The notes: a model not told the origin generated them from the sequence alone. Numbered from the whole stretch's first letter, positions 1 to 13,075 are shown. The stretch is 54,405 nucleotides of DNA, filler included, from Sphacelaria rigidula (GCA_964200075.2; 5 parts of 5 records of this genome joined end to end with filler, not necessarily neighbours in it); one strand, 5' to 3'. A program made the numbers and translations.

Positions 1-299
1 TCGGTGTCCATCTCCGTTTCCGAGCCGCAAATTGCAGATCCGGCAACGGTCTGGTATCGTCTTAGCATAATGCCGTTCGGGCTGGTGTATCGGCAAGATG
101 TTCACCCATGTTCGTTGGATCTTTGTGAGCTCGGGCACACAAGCGACGTGTATGCATCGTTGGATCTTCCGGGTCTGCGGACCGACCAACAGGGGGGGCT
201 ACACTCTTCTGGTCGTTGGGTTTCGGCCTTTTTTGGTGGGGTACAATTTTACCGAAAATGGCTATGGTTATGACTGCTCGGCGTAACTTGTGCTGAGAC

Positions 300-655
300 G
301 GCGGTACGGTCACCACATCACAAAAAAAGGGTAGATATATAACTTTTGAGCAGAGGGCAGGGTGTTCCCTCATGGTTTGCTTACAAAAAAGGGTACTCTC
401 ACAGGCTTTGATTTCCGGCGCCGTAGTTCAGTCCAGTAACACTTGTAAAAATGAATAAAAATGGACGGGTATGCTGCCCAGACACCTTGGGCGTGGGGCT
501 GAGGTGCTGGGACGTGTTTTCGAGGTGTTCAGCAAGCGTGCAGCGCCGCGCCCCAAAGCGAAAAAAGCGTTACCCTTTTTTGTTCCAAAAGCATCAGGGT
601 GTACCCTTTTTTGTATATTGCCTCGTTGAAGGGTTGTAAAGTGATGTGCACCGAG
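300..655. repeat. Degenerate MITE-like element with inverted subterminal motifs
   Basis: CAAAAAAGGGTA at ~320 and ~384, and its reverse complement TACCCTTTTTTG at ~571 and ~602. Outer imperfect inverted repeat CGGTCACCACATCAC (~308) / GTGATGTGCACCG (~641). No target-site duplication (TSD) resolved. Confidence 0.35.
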
Positions 656-1673
656 TCCCAAAAATTTGCTCGACGGGGACCTACGTAGTGTTGAGTATTG
701 AAGATATTTACTCCCAAAAGATACTCTGTCGAGAAGCCTGTTACTTCCCAAACTTGGAAAACACGCAGGCATCTGACGCCACTTGTCACTGTACGGTTCA
801 AAGACCCTTTCGGGATTATTCCGTCGCACATTGTTATTGTTCGTTCTGTCTACAGGTCTCATGAAATCTGATGCCCATACAAGTATCTCATATACATACA
901 TGTGCATGCGGATGAACACTTTTCAGGTCTAACCAGTTTGGACTGACATTTGTCACAAAAAATGATAGTACAGTACAACCGATGAATGATACAACAGTAT
1001 GATGTGCGTATGTTGTTCTTGTCTCACTGCATTGCTTACTACTACCCTTCGCGTGTTGACCACACAACCTTTCTTTGGTAACGACATCCCATTCAGGGGG
1101 GGTGTTGCGAATCTACATAATGCAGTCTCTTTTCATTGCGTTTGTATGAAGCCGTTGCAACACATAATAAGCGTACAACTTGTGACGGTTCAAGGAAATC
1201 ACGAACCACGTATCTTTTCACGGAGAGTACCTTTTTTGAGTCATTTTATAGTCTATCTGTTTCAATGACGTTTCACGTCGGATATTGCTGGAGTTGGCGT
1301 GTTGCCATGATTTGTCAATGAAATATACCCTAGCAGAGTATGTAGGCCACGTAAGCTGTAAGATATCTTTTACGCAAGATTACAATTGATCTAAGCGAGA
1401 GAGCTGGCAAGGCTACCGCTTCAGCAGTAGCAATGTTGAATTGGATTATACGATTTGACCTCATGTACGAGTACGAGCTGGGCCGGCCATGAGTGATTTT
1501 TGAATGAAGAGTGGAGATGCTATTGGCAATTCGAAGAGTCAGACGCTGAAATTTTTACACGGCATTTTTATCATCAATCCGCGCAACCCTGTAAGGGGTG
1601 TCACGGGGAGAGAAAGAAAAAAAAAAGAGGAAATTAGAGCGAATTGAAGTTTCAGCAAAAACAGGAAAAATGC

Positions 1674-2125
1674 TATAAACACGGGATCTTACAAATTAGG
1701 GATGGATCATTTATGGGGGATGAGAAACCCGGAGAATTAGAATCTTTGTATCCGCACCAAATATTCCAAATATGGTTCCACTTCTTCACCTACTGACAGC
1801 TATTGACAACTGCTACACGCCATTGAAATTCGGATTTCGATCACCGAAATGTTGGGGTCCTAGGTGAAAAAACAGTTTTGTGGAATTCCGGGTGTCCGAG
1901 CGGACGCCAATATGGTTCCGAAATGGTTTTTTCACTTAGGACCTCAACATTTCGGTGATCGAAATCCCAATTCCTGTGGTGTGTAGCAGTTGTCAATAGC
2001 TATCAGTAGGTGAAGAAATGGAACCATATTTCGAATATTTGGTGCGGATACGAAGATTCTAATCCTCCGGGTTTCTCATCCCCAATAAATGATCCATCCC
2101 CAATTTGTAAGATCCCGTGTTTATA
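1674..2125. mobile_element. Foldback element / long-TIR MITE (~200-bp arms, ~50-bp spacer)
   Basis: TATAAACACGGGATCTTACAAATTAGGGATGGATCATTTA... (1674 to ~1875) is the near-perfect reverse complement of ...TAAATGATCCATCCCCAATTTGTAAGATCCCGTGTTTATA (~1925 to 2125). Terminal TA is compatible with a TA TSD. Confidence 0.85.
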
Positions 2126-2149
2126 CCTTCCCCAAAAATTAATAAAAAC

Positions 2150-2562
2150 CAAGGAGGGATACGTGATACGAGTCGTTCTAACGTGACACATCCGAAAACA
2201 CGTAACTTTGGATCATTTAACGCTAGTAAGATTTGATTTTTTGGGTGGGACATATGTAACGTAACGTGATATAACGTGTGGTATTTCGCATGAACCCTAA
2301 TATTACGTTTCACTTTCAAAATGTTACGAAAACTGCTTGTTTTTCGTGAATATGTCACGTGTCACGTCCAAATTTCACAAAAACAGCCTTTTTTTAACTA
2401 TGGAAGACGCCAAGAGACACTGTTTCAAGGTCCACATGTTACGTCACGTTACGTTGCATTTGTCCCGTCCAAAAAATCAAACCTTCGGTAGCGTTAAATA
2501 GCCTAAAGTTACGTTTTCCCCGTTTTTTCAAATGTGTCACGTGTGTATCGTATCCCTCCCTG
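2150..2562. mobile_element. hAT-type MITE
   Basis: Terminal inverted repeat (TIR) CAAGGAGGGATACG / CGTATCCCTCCCTG, extended by ~130 bp of imperfect inverted sequence rich in ACGT motifs. 8-bp TSD ATAAAAAC (2142-2149) / ATGAAAAC (2563-2570), 7 of 8 identical. Confidence 0.75.
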
Positions 2563-5501
2563 ATGAAAACGATGACAATGCCCGGCACATACGGGCACTC
2601 GCGTCAACCACATCCTTGTAAAGTGTCAGCCAAACATACGTAAGTATGAGCTTTGCGTCGCACTTTTGGTGTGACCTCGGTGGTCAAACTGATGCAACAG
2701 CGCCAAATTGCACAGGTCACGAGTTCAAATCTCGACACGACAAGCACTTTTTGTGTGCATACTAATCATGCATTATCTCTTGTACCTCTAGGTTGCAAAG
2801 CGTCTCGATATTTTGGTGACGGTCTTGCTTTTGGGGGGGATATATCGCAGTTTCAAGTAGTACTTCTCCCTCGTACGGTGATATGCGACAGTTGACTCGG
2901 AGGTTCTCTCCCATTATGGAGCTCATAACGAGCTTGATGCCATCTTGCAGCACTACCAATGTGCTCTTGTCTGGGCATGCCGGGTGTGCGTGTGCCTATG
3001 CGGCGCAACGGTCGATCGTAATTCCACCGCATTTTCTGAAACGAAACGTCTCCAGACATGTCGTCACGCAATGGCAAGAGACGTACCCGGTACTCAATGC
3101 AGTACAATAAGATCATCGCCAAAACTGCGCCAATCAAGCAGCGGCGGTGCCGTGTTTTACCAGGTTAGTCTGCAGTTCGCAGCGATATGCTCAAGTCGCG
3201 CTGATTTGAGAAACTTGAGAAGTTGTAGTGCGGAGAGAGAAAGTGATATTTACTGCCGGCCCAGCTCGTAGCGACTTCGGTTTTTTGTTCCAGAATTGAG
3301 TATGCTTGGATTCGGTGACCTCTACCGCCCTTACAATTACTCTCGTTCGTTTCCTTCAGCCCTCTGCTTGCAAAAGAGGCTGCTTGATTTTGTTCGGCTA
3401 AATGAAGAACCCCAAACACTATCTGTCTCTTTACTTTCTGTCTGCTGTAGAAGCAAGTGGTTCAACGACCACTGTGCAACCTCTGTCATACACTACTGTC
3501 CACGCGACAGTAGTCGGTCTGTCTCGAGGACATAACCACACAACACGAGCCAATATTTCCAACACACGCCAGTCCCCACACACACTAACAAGTGTTTGGG
3601 TGCCTAAATCAGGGCATACGTACCTGTATGCCTGTACTCAAAAACTGTTGACAAAACAAGCGATCCCCACATCCTTACTCATGCTAGAACTGCCGTTGTA
3701 TTTTCACCTGGAAGGCGAATCCCGTGCGAAGCCGTTTCAGCAGCTGGCACGGGCAGGCGCGCCCTGTGCTGTCACGAGACTGTCTTCTGCTGCCGTTGCA
3801 AGAATATCAAACGCCTCGTACCCTACCTCTGTACATGAATGCACGTACGTCTCCTAAAAAAGATCAGGGGGAATCACGATATGGTGACGATTTCCTCCGA
3901 TTTTTTCGAAAACCGTTCCGAGATCGTGACAACCCAATTTTCTCGCCCCTGATTTTATCCAAATTGTTGCCCATAAAATGCGTACATTTTCCCTCCCGAT
4001 GCTCCGAAAATTCGAGATTGGTGACTGCCATAAAAATGATCTGAGAGGTATGAAGATAATATCAAGAGTCATGAGGTTTTAATTTTATTTTCCTCCAAGA
4101 TATTTGGACCCCTGCTGCTGTTGCTTCTGCCGCTAGCTGCTGGTGGTTCGTCTGTTATTTTTGTGCGGGTGAGCTGTGGTGTTTTTGGTGTGCGTGCCGT
4201 GGCGTGCGCTATATGTCGGCTCTGTTGTGCGCGGGTAGATTCAAAAATGATGCTGGCTGGACCCTCGGTTTTGCATGAATGCCCTGTCGAACTGGTTCTA
4301 CTCTGCTGGCAGGTTCTGTTTCTCTGCCTGCGTCGGCGTAGGTGGCCGCGATTCGTCTCGATCCACAAACCTCAGATCCTGCTGCGATCTGAGTCTCCAG
4401 TCGGTAGCGTTTCCTTTCCCTATGTTCTTTTTTGGCTGTCCTCGCGTTTGAGGCAAGTGAACGTAAATCGAAAATTACGATGGTTCAATGTGCAGGGGGA
4501 TGCAACAGGTACCATTGAGAAGTCGGTGGTCGTCAGTTATCGCATCAACTCAGCGGAAATTTGGCGATATCTTCATTCGGTCACAGGACGTGCTCAGGCA
4601 GTCTTGCCTATTTTCACCCCGTTGTGAACTGCTGCAACGCGCAACCCCAGATTTAGCAACATGGACTTGTTGCCTGTGGTTTACATGACATATGTCCGAA
4701 GTTTCAGCGCGTTGCAGCGCCGACAGCACGCGCACGGCCGTGCCTCCCGAGCTGAGCATCTCCACAGGCGATACATTTGTTCTTATCCAGAGGATGTTCC
4801 AGCGCAGATCGATGTTTGTTTGCCAGCGCAGCAGCCGCCCAGGTGCTCATAATGTGGAAGTTAGTGCACCAGCGTGTCCAGATATACATGAACTCATGGT
4901 GCACGAAGTCTGGGCTGCGGGAGACACGTTTTGAGGGTGTTTCGATGGTATTGCCCCGATTCGGTATTCATGTCCGTCTCGTAGCTCGGCCGGAACGTGC
5001 CGCCGATTGGTGCACATGCTGCGTGTGGCTCGTCCAACGGGTGCGCCAAGTTTCATGGCAGGTAGTCAAGCCGCGGTGAAGAAACCCACAAGCAAAGCTG
5101 TTGCTAAAAAAATGAAGAACGAAAATTTTCAGCCATCGAAAGATACATCAGGTGCGGTCACGCGCCATATCCACATACGAAAAGGTATTGGTGTCATATC
5201 TGCACCTCTTGGGCAGCACGGCATAGATCGGCATACTGGGAGGACAAATGCAGGAGGGTCAGTGAGCGCGTAGTAGGTTATGGTTCGGTACATGGCCTTC
5301 GTATGCCTCATATTTTTTATTGTGTCGACAGCAGCGTTCGTTGCGCACAGCGGTATTGGTATTGTGCAGATGAATTATTGCGCGCGAGTGTGGGTGTGCA
5401 TCAACGTGCTGATGTTGCCGTTCCTGTCAGGATCTCAGGGATTGAGCATTTTTTGTGCCCATCGCAATTTTGCGGATATTTCGGGCCCTTCACTCGAACT
5501 C

Positions 5502-8000
5502 TTGATTGATTTGATTGATTGATTGATTGTTGCACTTATACGGACCCCTCAGGGGTGCAGCCGTGGTCACATGACAGACGTACCCAACACAAAACGAAAC
5601 TGAAACACTCGCTAAAGGCAAAGAAGGAGCAGAAAAAGTAGAATAGAACAACATAGTAGACTAGGACGTAGGAAAAATAAAAGAAGAAATAAAGAAGATG
5701 GGAAAACATCAGAAAATATAGAAATGGACGGTCTCTGCCACATGGAGTCGGCGTACAAGGTCTCGCGCAGAATCACTCTCATACCCAGTCGTGAAAACCA
5801 CAAGGCCGTGGAAAGGAGCAAAATATCAGCTCATCTTCTGCACACGCCCTGTTTAGGGTATGGGCCCTCTCATCCACGAAGAAACACGATGAAGCAAGGT
5901 ACCACACTGCTCTGCCATACACCGGCAGGAAATAACACATACATATAGCGAGAAAGATGGGGAAAAGGGAGACAGAGAAGGAGACTGCAGAGCTGAAGCC
6001 CCGGATAATTCAGGGCAGCAGAGTAGATACAGACACACACTAGTGGGCACCGCAGAGCCACCGACTAAGGACACAATCAACAACCGATATGAGTAGACAG
6101 GATTGTTCGATTCGCGACCCTTGACGCAGCAGCCTCTCGTTTGAGACGGTGGTCCGATTCTCATTTGTCCGCGCGTCGCCACGTGTCCTCAAACGCTTCC
6201 GCTCTTTTTTCGACTCCAATATGCCATTTGCCCATGTTCTCCGTCGCAGTGATCCAATCGTATGCATCGTTAACCTCTACATCGTAGACTACATCCGTCG
6301 GGCTCCTCTGTGCAGGACACCCCCGAGTGCACGTAGGTTCTCCTGGAGGTTATCCTCCCCTTGCTTGGGGGGCGGTTGGCCTCCTTGTGCCCTCGTGCGG
6401 TTAACCGTCCGTTCATGATGCGTTTACAAAGGTGTTTTTCCTTTTGTGGGACAAGGGCTCCCGCAAACCAGAGTTGACATTTGCCATGGTCGTATCGATA
6501 CGTTCGCAGTTGGTCATCTCGAGCACCGCTCTGCACGGAAGAGTCTCGTAGCCGAATCCAACCACTCGCAGGAAAAGGTTGTGATGGGCAGTCCGCAGAC
6601 TGTCGAAGTTCTCAGAACGTAACGTCCATATGGCACATCCATACGACAGAGCTTTCACCACCTCCGCTTGCAGAAGCCGGAGTTTCAAGGGTAGCTGGGC
6701 GTTGGGTCGATCGTGGGGTTGGGAGCTATATTTTCGGATACGCGCCCACGCCGCGCTGATACGGCGGTTGATTTCGATGGACATTTTCGTATCGCCGCTG
6801 ATGGCACCACCAACCTAGGCGAATTTCCCCGTCTGCTTATACAGTTGACCGGCAGCTTTGATGTGCAGGGCGACACCAGCTCTCATGCCGTCGTGAAACA
6901 TACGGATGATCGTGATCATTCGCGGCGGGACCCCGAAACGGGCAAGCACTTCCCAGGGGAGCGTGCGGTCTACGGAATCGTAGCCTTTCTGCAGATCGAT
7001 GAAGCACATGCTGCAGATCGATGAAGCACATGTTCAGTGGGGCGTTGCTCGCCCGTCTCAAGTCCTGAGGTCGGCTTACTACGAACATCATGTCTGTGGT
7101 CGACTGTTGGCGCCTAAATCCACACGGCTCTTCCGGAAAGACATCTCTTTCCTCACAGAAATTACCGAGCCTGTTGGCTACGATATTGAGGAGACCTTTC
7201 GCAGCATGTGCCACGAATGAAATGCCTCTGTAGTTACCATACTCGGCCCTAGTTTTGTTTTTGTGCAGCACTTTGATGGTGACATCTTTCCATTCCTGCG
7301 GCACCTCGCCAGATGTCCACACCGCAGAGACGATGTTGTGGAGGTGGTACAGCACCTTCGACGCCTCCCCGTTCAGTCCAAGCTTCAGGATTTCAGCAGG
7401 GCCTCCTCCGTTTCACTTGGGCTTGGCGGGTCTCGTAGCGACCGCACTGTCGGTCGTTGTGCAATCTTCTCGACGATTCGGTCTGTAGTTGCCGATATGG
7501 CGTTCAGCAGTGCGGAGAGATACCGTTCTCATCTCTCCGATCAAGCCTTTGTACGGCAGTATATTGCCATCGTCATCTCGAATGTACTGCACACCCTCTA
7601 TTGGTCGTCCAGATAGTCTCCACTCTCCGTTGAGATGTCTGTACCATCCTCTCATGTCCCCCGCTCGAGTATACTCCTCCAACTCTAAACCATACACGTC
7701 CATATAGTTGTCCACCCCAACTTGGATCACCTCTTTCACCTTCTTGCACGCTGCTCGCAATGTGCGCCATGCGGGTTTATTTCGTGATGGTCCCAGTCGC
7801 ACAGTTGATCTCGACCTTTCCCTCTCACTCCAGGCCTGTTCGATCTCCGTTCGGATGGCAGCATCCTCAAACCACCCCGATATACGTGGCTTTCAGGTCA
7901 GACGGGGCACCACTTTTTCAGTGACACTCAAGAGTACGTTGGCAAAGTTCGTAGCCAGTCAACTAAGTGTATCCCCACTTTTGTCAGACGTCTCCCAAAA
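5502..8000 (-). mobile_element. RTE-clade non-LTR retrotransposon, 5'-truncated and internally deleted
   Basis: Reverse-transcriptase peptides [61 protein letters not shown] and C-terminal EINRRISAAWAR...LLQAEVVKALSYGC. Followed by a 3' UTR and a (CAAT)n tail, read as (GATT)n at 5502-5529. Multiple stops and frameshifts; the 5' boundary is approximate. Confidence 0.92.
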
Positions 8001-8149
8001 TGAAGTGTGTCGAAGGTTCCTAGAAGGTGAATTTCTGTAGTCAAGAAGTGTAAGAAGTAGTGGCAGTTGCCCCGTGTGTAGACGTAGTCCGTGGCCATCG
8101 CAAGGGACTGGTTATCTCCGAAATAGTACGGCATAGCCTAGAACAAGAC

Positions 8150-8750
8150 TATCCTACATGAAAGCGAAAATCTCAGTCGGCCCGTTCCCGCGCGCGCCGC
8201 CCCGGCGCGTGTTCGCTGCAGAACAAGTACTACGAATAGCCAGCATGTGCCGACCCTACTGCTGTATGAAATATCCGCGGGAGAGGCGTCCCAGTACGAG
8301 TGTTATCAGCAAGCGAGGGCATGCCCGTAGTCATTTGCCATCTCCAGCGTAATTGGCCGTAGGAATGCGTATTGTGGCTGAATTCTCGAGCATATGCATC
8401 GAGACTCACGAGCATGGGGCGGAGCGTCAACGTCCTGAAGCCTACGCCCTCTTCCGTTTGCGGGGAGTTTCCACTGCTTTAGTACTAGACCTGGCAGCGG
8501 GAGTTGATGCAATCGCGAATCATCGCACGGAATCCCATGCTGCAATCGCCGGAACAACGGCATCGCGGGCGCCCCGCGGCAAATGTACTTTATGAACCAT
8601 GAATATGAAACGATAGAGGGGAGGGCGGATAAACATGAGAGGTACAGGCGAAGGGTCGAGCGAGTGTGAGGTGTTCCACTCATGTCTGATGGGGTAGCAC
8701 CTGAGGATAGTACGATAAATGGGAGGGCATCGCCACGGGGAGTGCTGGTC
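8150..8750 (-). pseudogene. Possible decayed CACTA/Plavaka-like DDE transposase fragment
   Basis: Frame-hopping translation gives TLRLYLSCL..PPSLYRFIFMVHKVHLPRG followed by LRPMLVSLDAYAREFSHNTHSYG. These resemble the YLxxxNLPPxxR..IPG and DxPAR motifs of CACTA-like transposases; recognised by eye only. Confidence 0.3.
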
Positions 8751-10544
8751 GGATATGTGCCGTGGAACCTTGGGCTTTTTGAATGCGCACTATGTTGCCA
8801 ACGAGGTCAAGCGCTAAAGTACGAACTCATACGCTGAGGAATTTCCCGATTATCACTGCCGTGAGAGCATAAACGGTCAACTTCGGGTTACGCAACGGCC
8901 GCCACGACTATCAAGTCATCCGACGAAAGAGCGGGTCGTACTTTGGGCCATTTGATGTAGAATGTGCGGTGTGTCTCAATACCTGCGTTGGCGTGACGTG
9001 GTGTGAGAGGAGGGGCAAGTCCATCATGAGCTTGACCCGCAAATCGGAGAGGACGAGCTCGCGACTGTGCACTTCATGGTTCACCACGGGAAGTACCTAC
9101 ATTCTGATGAAGATATGACTAGGCGTTGGACGCTGATGTCTACCGAGGCGGACCAACTGATGATCGTCTTGCTTCGCTGGCAAGTGATATTCAATTTCCA
9201 GTAACCCTGAATCGCGACACTTCATCGGGCCGAGGTCGGTTCTTTCAAGCTTCCCTATCCTATCCCTTTCGTGGGAGAAAAGGAAACTCGACAATCTGTT
9301 TTCTCCTTTTCACGAAAGATTACTCCATACCGCCGAGCAAATGACACTGATTCCCAAAAGTTCGGAGTTGGTTTAGAAAACGGTTCCGTCAACCACGCGC
9401 CTTTATCGCAAATGCTGCAAGCGAAGCATCCGATGAGTAGAGACGATCTATGAATGGTACCGCACAAACACAGGCTAGTAGTAACCCTGGCACACCATGG
9501 CCTTGGCAGGATAGGAACTGAAGCCTGTCTCCACCCCGTTTCATCCCCGTTTCAACCCCTTTACAGGACAAGGGTTAGGGACGAGAGTCGATAAACGAAC
9601 CAGGTTTCAATTCAGTCTCGTGGACTTTTTCATCAAGCCCACCGTTTCTCCCCGGGGGGGCGGGGGAGGTCAACAAAAGGATGAATTCAACCCTTCAGCC
9701 TTGTTCTCGATTTCGAAAAAGCACGAAAGACTGCTCGTTCCTTATTAATCAGTTTTTTACACACTTCTCCACACGATGCATCCCTTCAAACAAGGACACC
9801 CGCAACACGTGGTGTTCACGTGACGTGTGAGCGCCTCACACACATCCGAAAAGTAGGTGTAAAGATACCGTGTAGTGTTCCAACGTCATGGGCGGACGAT
9901 ACGTAATGCCATCAATATAATAGTACGCTGAGGTCACCAGGCCAAAACGCAGGTTAAGCATCGCTACAAAAACTTTCCGCACAGGGAACGAAACTTGAAG
10001 TCAACAAGAAACGCCGTAATATCTGACACCTGTAGCTCACCTCCTCAGGTGATGCGGCCCGGCCAAAACTAAGTACATGTGACGCGTAATTCAATCACTT
10101 CCACCCTCGGCAAGCCAAGTGATCGATTTGTGTCCGTGTCCGCCGATGAAAACATTCGTGACTCATCCTCGAATTGCTGGTGCCTCGCTGCCCTTCTCGT
10201 AAGATTCCAAAATCCTCCGGTCAGGGAACACCTCCGTAGGGTTGGAAATGATGACTAAAACTCGCGGACTCGAAAGCTGAAACATGCGCGCATCCTCCCT
10301 CCAACTCTAGTGACTTACTCAGCATGTCTGAGCGCATCTGGCAGCCCAATAATTGGGATAAAAAAACACCCTCGCTCTCTCCCTTTGACGTAAAAGATGA
10401 TGTGGTGGACCCTGTTTTGTCATTTTGCTACCTGTTCAGTTGGTGAAGGTATATGTGACTGACTGCATTTTGGGGCACATTTAAGTGAGGCGATTAAACG
10501 GGGGGCCGGGTCCGTCCCCTCTGTGATTTTTCTCTTCCCCTGGT

Positions 10545-10802
10545 CCGGACACTTTCTACGATAGCCCCTCCCCAAAACGTGCATGGTTTTGGGAGGCAAA
10601 ATCTTCACGTAAATCGAAATGGCAAAAGCCGAGCACAACGAGCAGCTGGGGAATTTTCACGACTGGGTCCGTTCTAGCCAGTATTGCCAATATGAGGCGC
10701 TTCATGCAGCCTGAACCCAAGCATCAGCCGCTGTATGCTCACTTTTTTCGTGACACTTTTGGCTGGTTTGGGGGGGCGTACTCATTTGTTGCTTGGCTGG
10801 TT
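10545..10802. repeat. Modular repeat: module B + C-run + cassette X + G-run + module M (truncated by contig end)
   Basis: Internal ~200 bp matches 44680-44870 and, inverted, 32541-32604. Ends are CCGGACACTTTCTACGATAGCCCC and GGGGGGGCGTACTCAT. Confidence 0.75.
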
Positions 10803-10902
10803 NNNNNNNNNNNNNNNNNNNNNNNNNNNNNNNNNNNNNNNNNNNNTTAATTAATTAANNNNNNNNNNNNNNNNNNNNNNNNNNNNNNNNNNNNNNNNNN
10901 NN
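10803..10902. other. Artificial contig linker
   Basis: N44-TTAATTAATTAA-N44, with stop codons in all six frames. Confidence 0.98.
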
Positions 10903-10985
10903 GCTCCGTCCCGGCATTGTAGGGATGCGAGGTCAATGATCTTATGACTGTGGCATGCATGATCATGAGTACACCCTCACCCCCC
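10903..10985 (-). repeat. Module M of dispersed repeat family
   Basis: Reverse complement of GGGTGTACTCATGATC...GACCTCGCATCCCTACAA...GGGACGGAGC, also seen at 15976, 34601 and 44075. Confidence 0.8.
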
Positions 10986-11365
10986 CACCGCCTCCCGGAG
11001 GACATTTTTCCGAAAATTGTCATGATTTTTTCAACAAAACAAAAAAATGTCAACTTTGTTGCAAGAAATTGATCAATAATCACCGTTTTGATTTTTCTGT
11101 TAATTTTGATACGAAAGATTAATCAATACACGCTGACAAAAAACGAAAAGTCTGATGGGCTGTGCGGGGTTTGCATATCTGCTTTTGCTCCTTGCCCGTT
11201 CCGTTCCGATGACCTTAGAAGCCGGGGGGCATTTTCTCGACAATTAAAATTATCCTGGTTTTTCTAATATTTTCTGTCAACTTCGTTGCAAGAAATTATT
11301 AATGAACATTGACAAAATCCGAAGAGTTTGGTGAGCTTTGCGGGGTGTATGTTTGCTTCTGCTTC

Positions 11366-11735
11366 TTTATATTTATATCTCTATATAATATATAATATAA
11401 GGATCATATATCTTAATAACATATATATATTAATATATAATTATATAATATAGTATATGATGTCCCTTGACAAATATTTATATATATACAAATATATTGA
11501 ATAATATATATATATTGTATATTATATAATATAGTATATATTGAGGAGCAAAAGCATGTATTTAGTATGAACCTATAATATAGACCTATATTATATTATG
11601 TAGAATACATGAGATTTAATGCATGACATATAATATATGAAATATATGACATATAACGCATGATGTATAATACATGAAATGTAATGTATTATAATATACT
11701 ATATAATATATAATATATAATATATAAGGATATCT
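11366..11735. repeat. AT-rich low-complexity tract
   Basis: Degenerate (TA)n / (TATAA)n sequence. Confidence 0.85.
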
Positions 11736-12987
11736 ACGGTCTACGGCAGCTGACCGCATCCGCCAACGCTTCGGCAAAAAACCAGGGGACACACGGCTGG
11801 GTGTCCCCCCCCCCCCCCCCCCCCCCCAAAAACTCGAATTTTCGATCTTGGGGCCCACGTGTCCTGCATTACTTCTTTCGCTGCCCCCTGCTCAGACCGT
11901 AATGCGGATAGTCCATCTGGATGACCCATATTTCCAAGTGAAATTGATGCCGATTCGGCAGGTGACATGCCCTCGCGGTCAAAGGGTTCACGAACAGAAG
12001 AGCATAATGCAGTCGCCATGATGTTGCTACTGCGGTAAACGTTAGGCTCTGTACGTGGGGTTCTCTTCGCCGCTGGGCACAACAAACAAAGCGCGCGGCA
12101 GCTCTTTTCCCTTCATAATTCGTCGGCGTGCCCTAAACAAGGGGAAAAGTAAGCGAGTAACTTTGAGATTCGAAACAATCAGTACAGATCGCTTCTTCAT
12201 TTTCGAGCTGGCGGATGGGAGACTCTTAGACGAAAGCAAATCGGCCACGCGACCAGTAGTGACAGATGAGGCCCCTTCATCGAACGGGCCTTCATCGAAG
12301 GGGTCCCATAACGACCAGTCCTGAGTCCTATCGAGAAGCAGTTTTGTACAGATCGAACCCAGGTCTGCACGCAGGTTAAAAAATGCGGGAGGTCTGGAAC
12401 TGGCCGTTAGTCCAAGGCCTCTGTGACGCCACAGACAAGACGCAACAAGGCAACACAACACCTACACACCCAGCCCCGACAAGAACACACACAGACGCCC
12501 ACCACTCTCGCATATTACTTCCACCACTAGCCCTCACTAATCTTCACACGGCAGTCGTTGTTCGACGGAAATCCGTTCGGTATTGGACGAATGGCGGCCG
12601 CGTGCGTGTCAAAAACCGCCGGAAACGTGCCGTTGCTTACCGTTTGTAAGCGTGCGCGTGGGTCTCGCACAAATCATCGTTTTTCAATGAATTATGAGCA
12701 GATTTGAGCACGGTCACGAACAACATGCGCAGGTGATGAGCATCTACGGCTCAAGCCATGTTTTCTTGGTTTGCGATGGCACCAAGTTCCTCAGGTTCAG
12801 CTCTGATTGTGTTGGGTTGTGTGGTGGGCGTTTCCATGTGCTCCTGTCAACCGAACATGTATGGATGTTCCTGTTCAAGGTGTCCGGAAAACCCCATTCA
12901 AAAGGAGATTTCAGAAAGTGTTTTTGCACCTCCTGAAATCCCCCTAAAACAGGGCATTTCTGGGCACGTTTGAGGATTTGTTTTATT

Positions 12988-13075
12988 TGGGGGGGGGGGG
13001 ACGGGCGTACCCATTTTTTGCTTGCTTTAGTCGTTTGACCATTGACCACGCATCCCTTTCGAGACGGAGCAAGGG
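12988..13075 (+). repeat. G-run + module M (variant 2)
   Basis: GGGCGTACCCAT...TTAGTCGTTTGACCATTGACCACGCATCCCTTTCGAGACGGAGC; reverse-complement copies at 15677-15750 and 47861-47930. Confidence 0.8.

Noticed and set aside
10847-10858. TTAATTAATTAA as a piggyBac TSD or biological motif
   Set aside because: Embedded symmetrically in N runs four times; it is an assembly linker.
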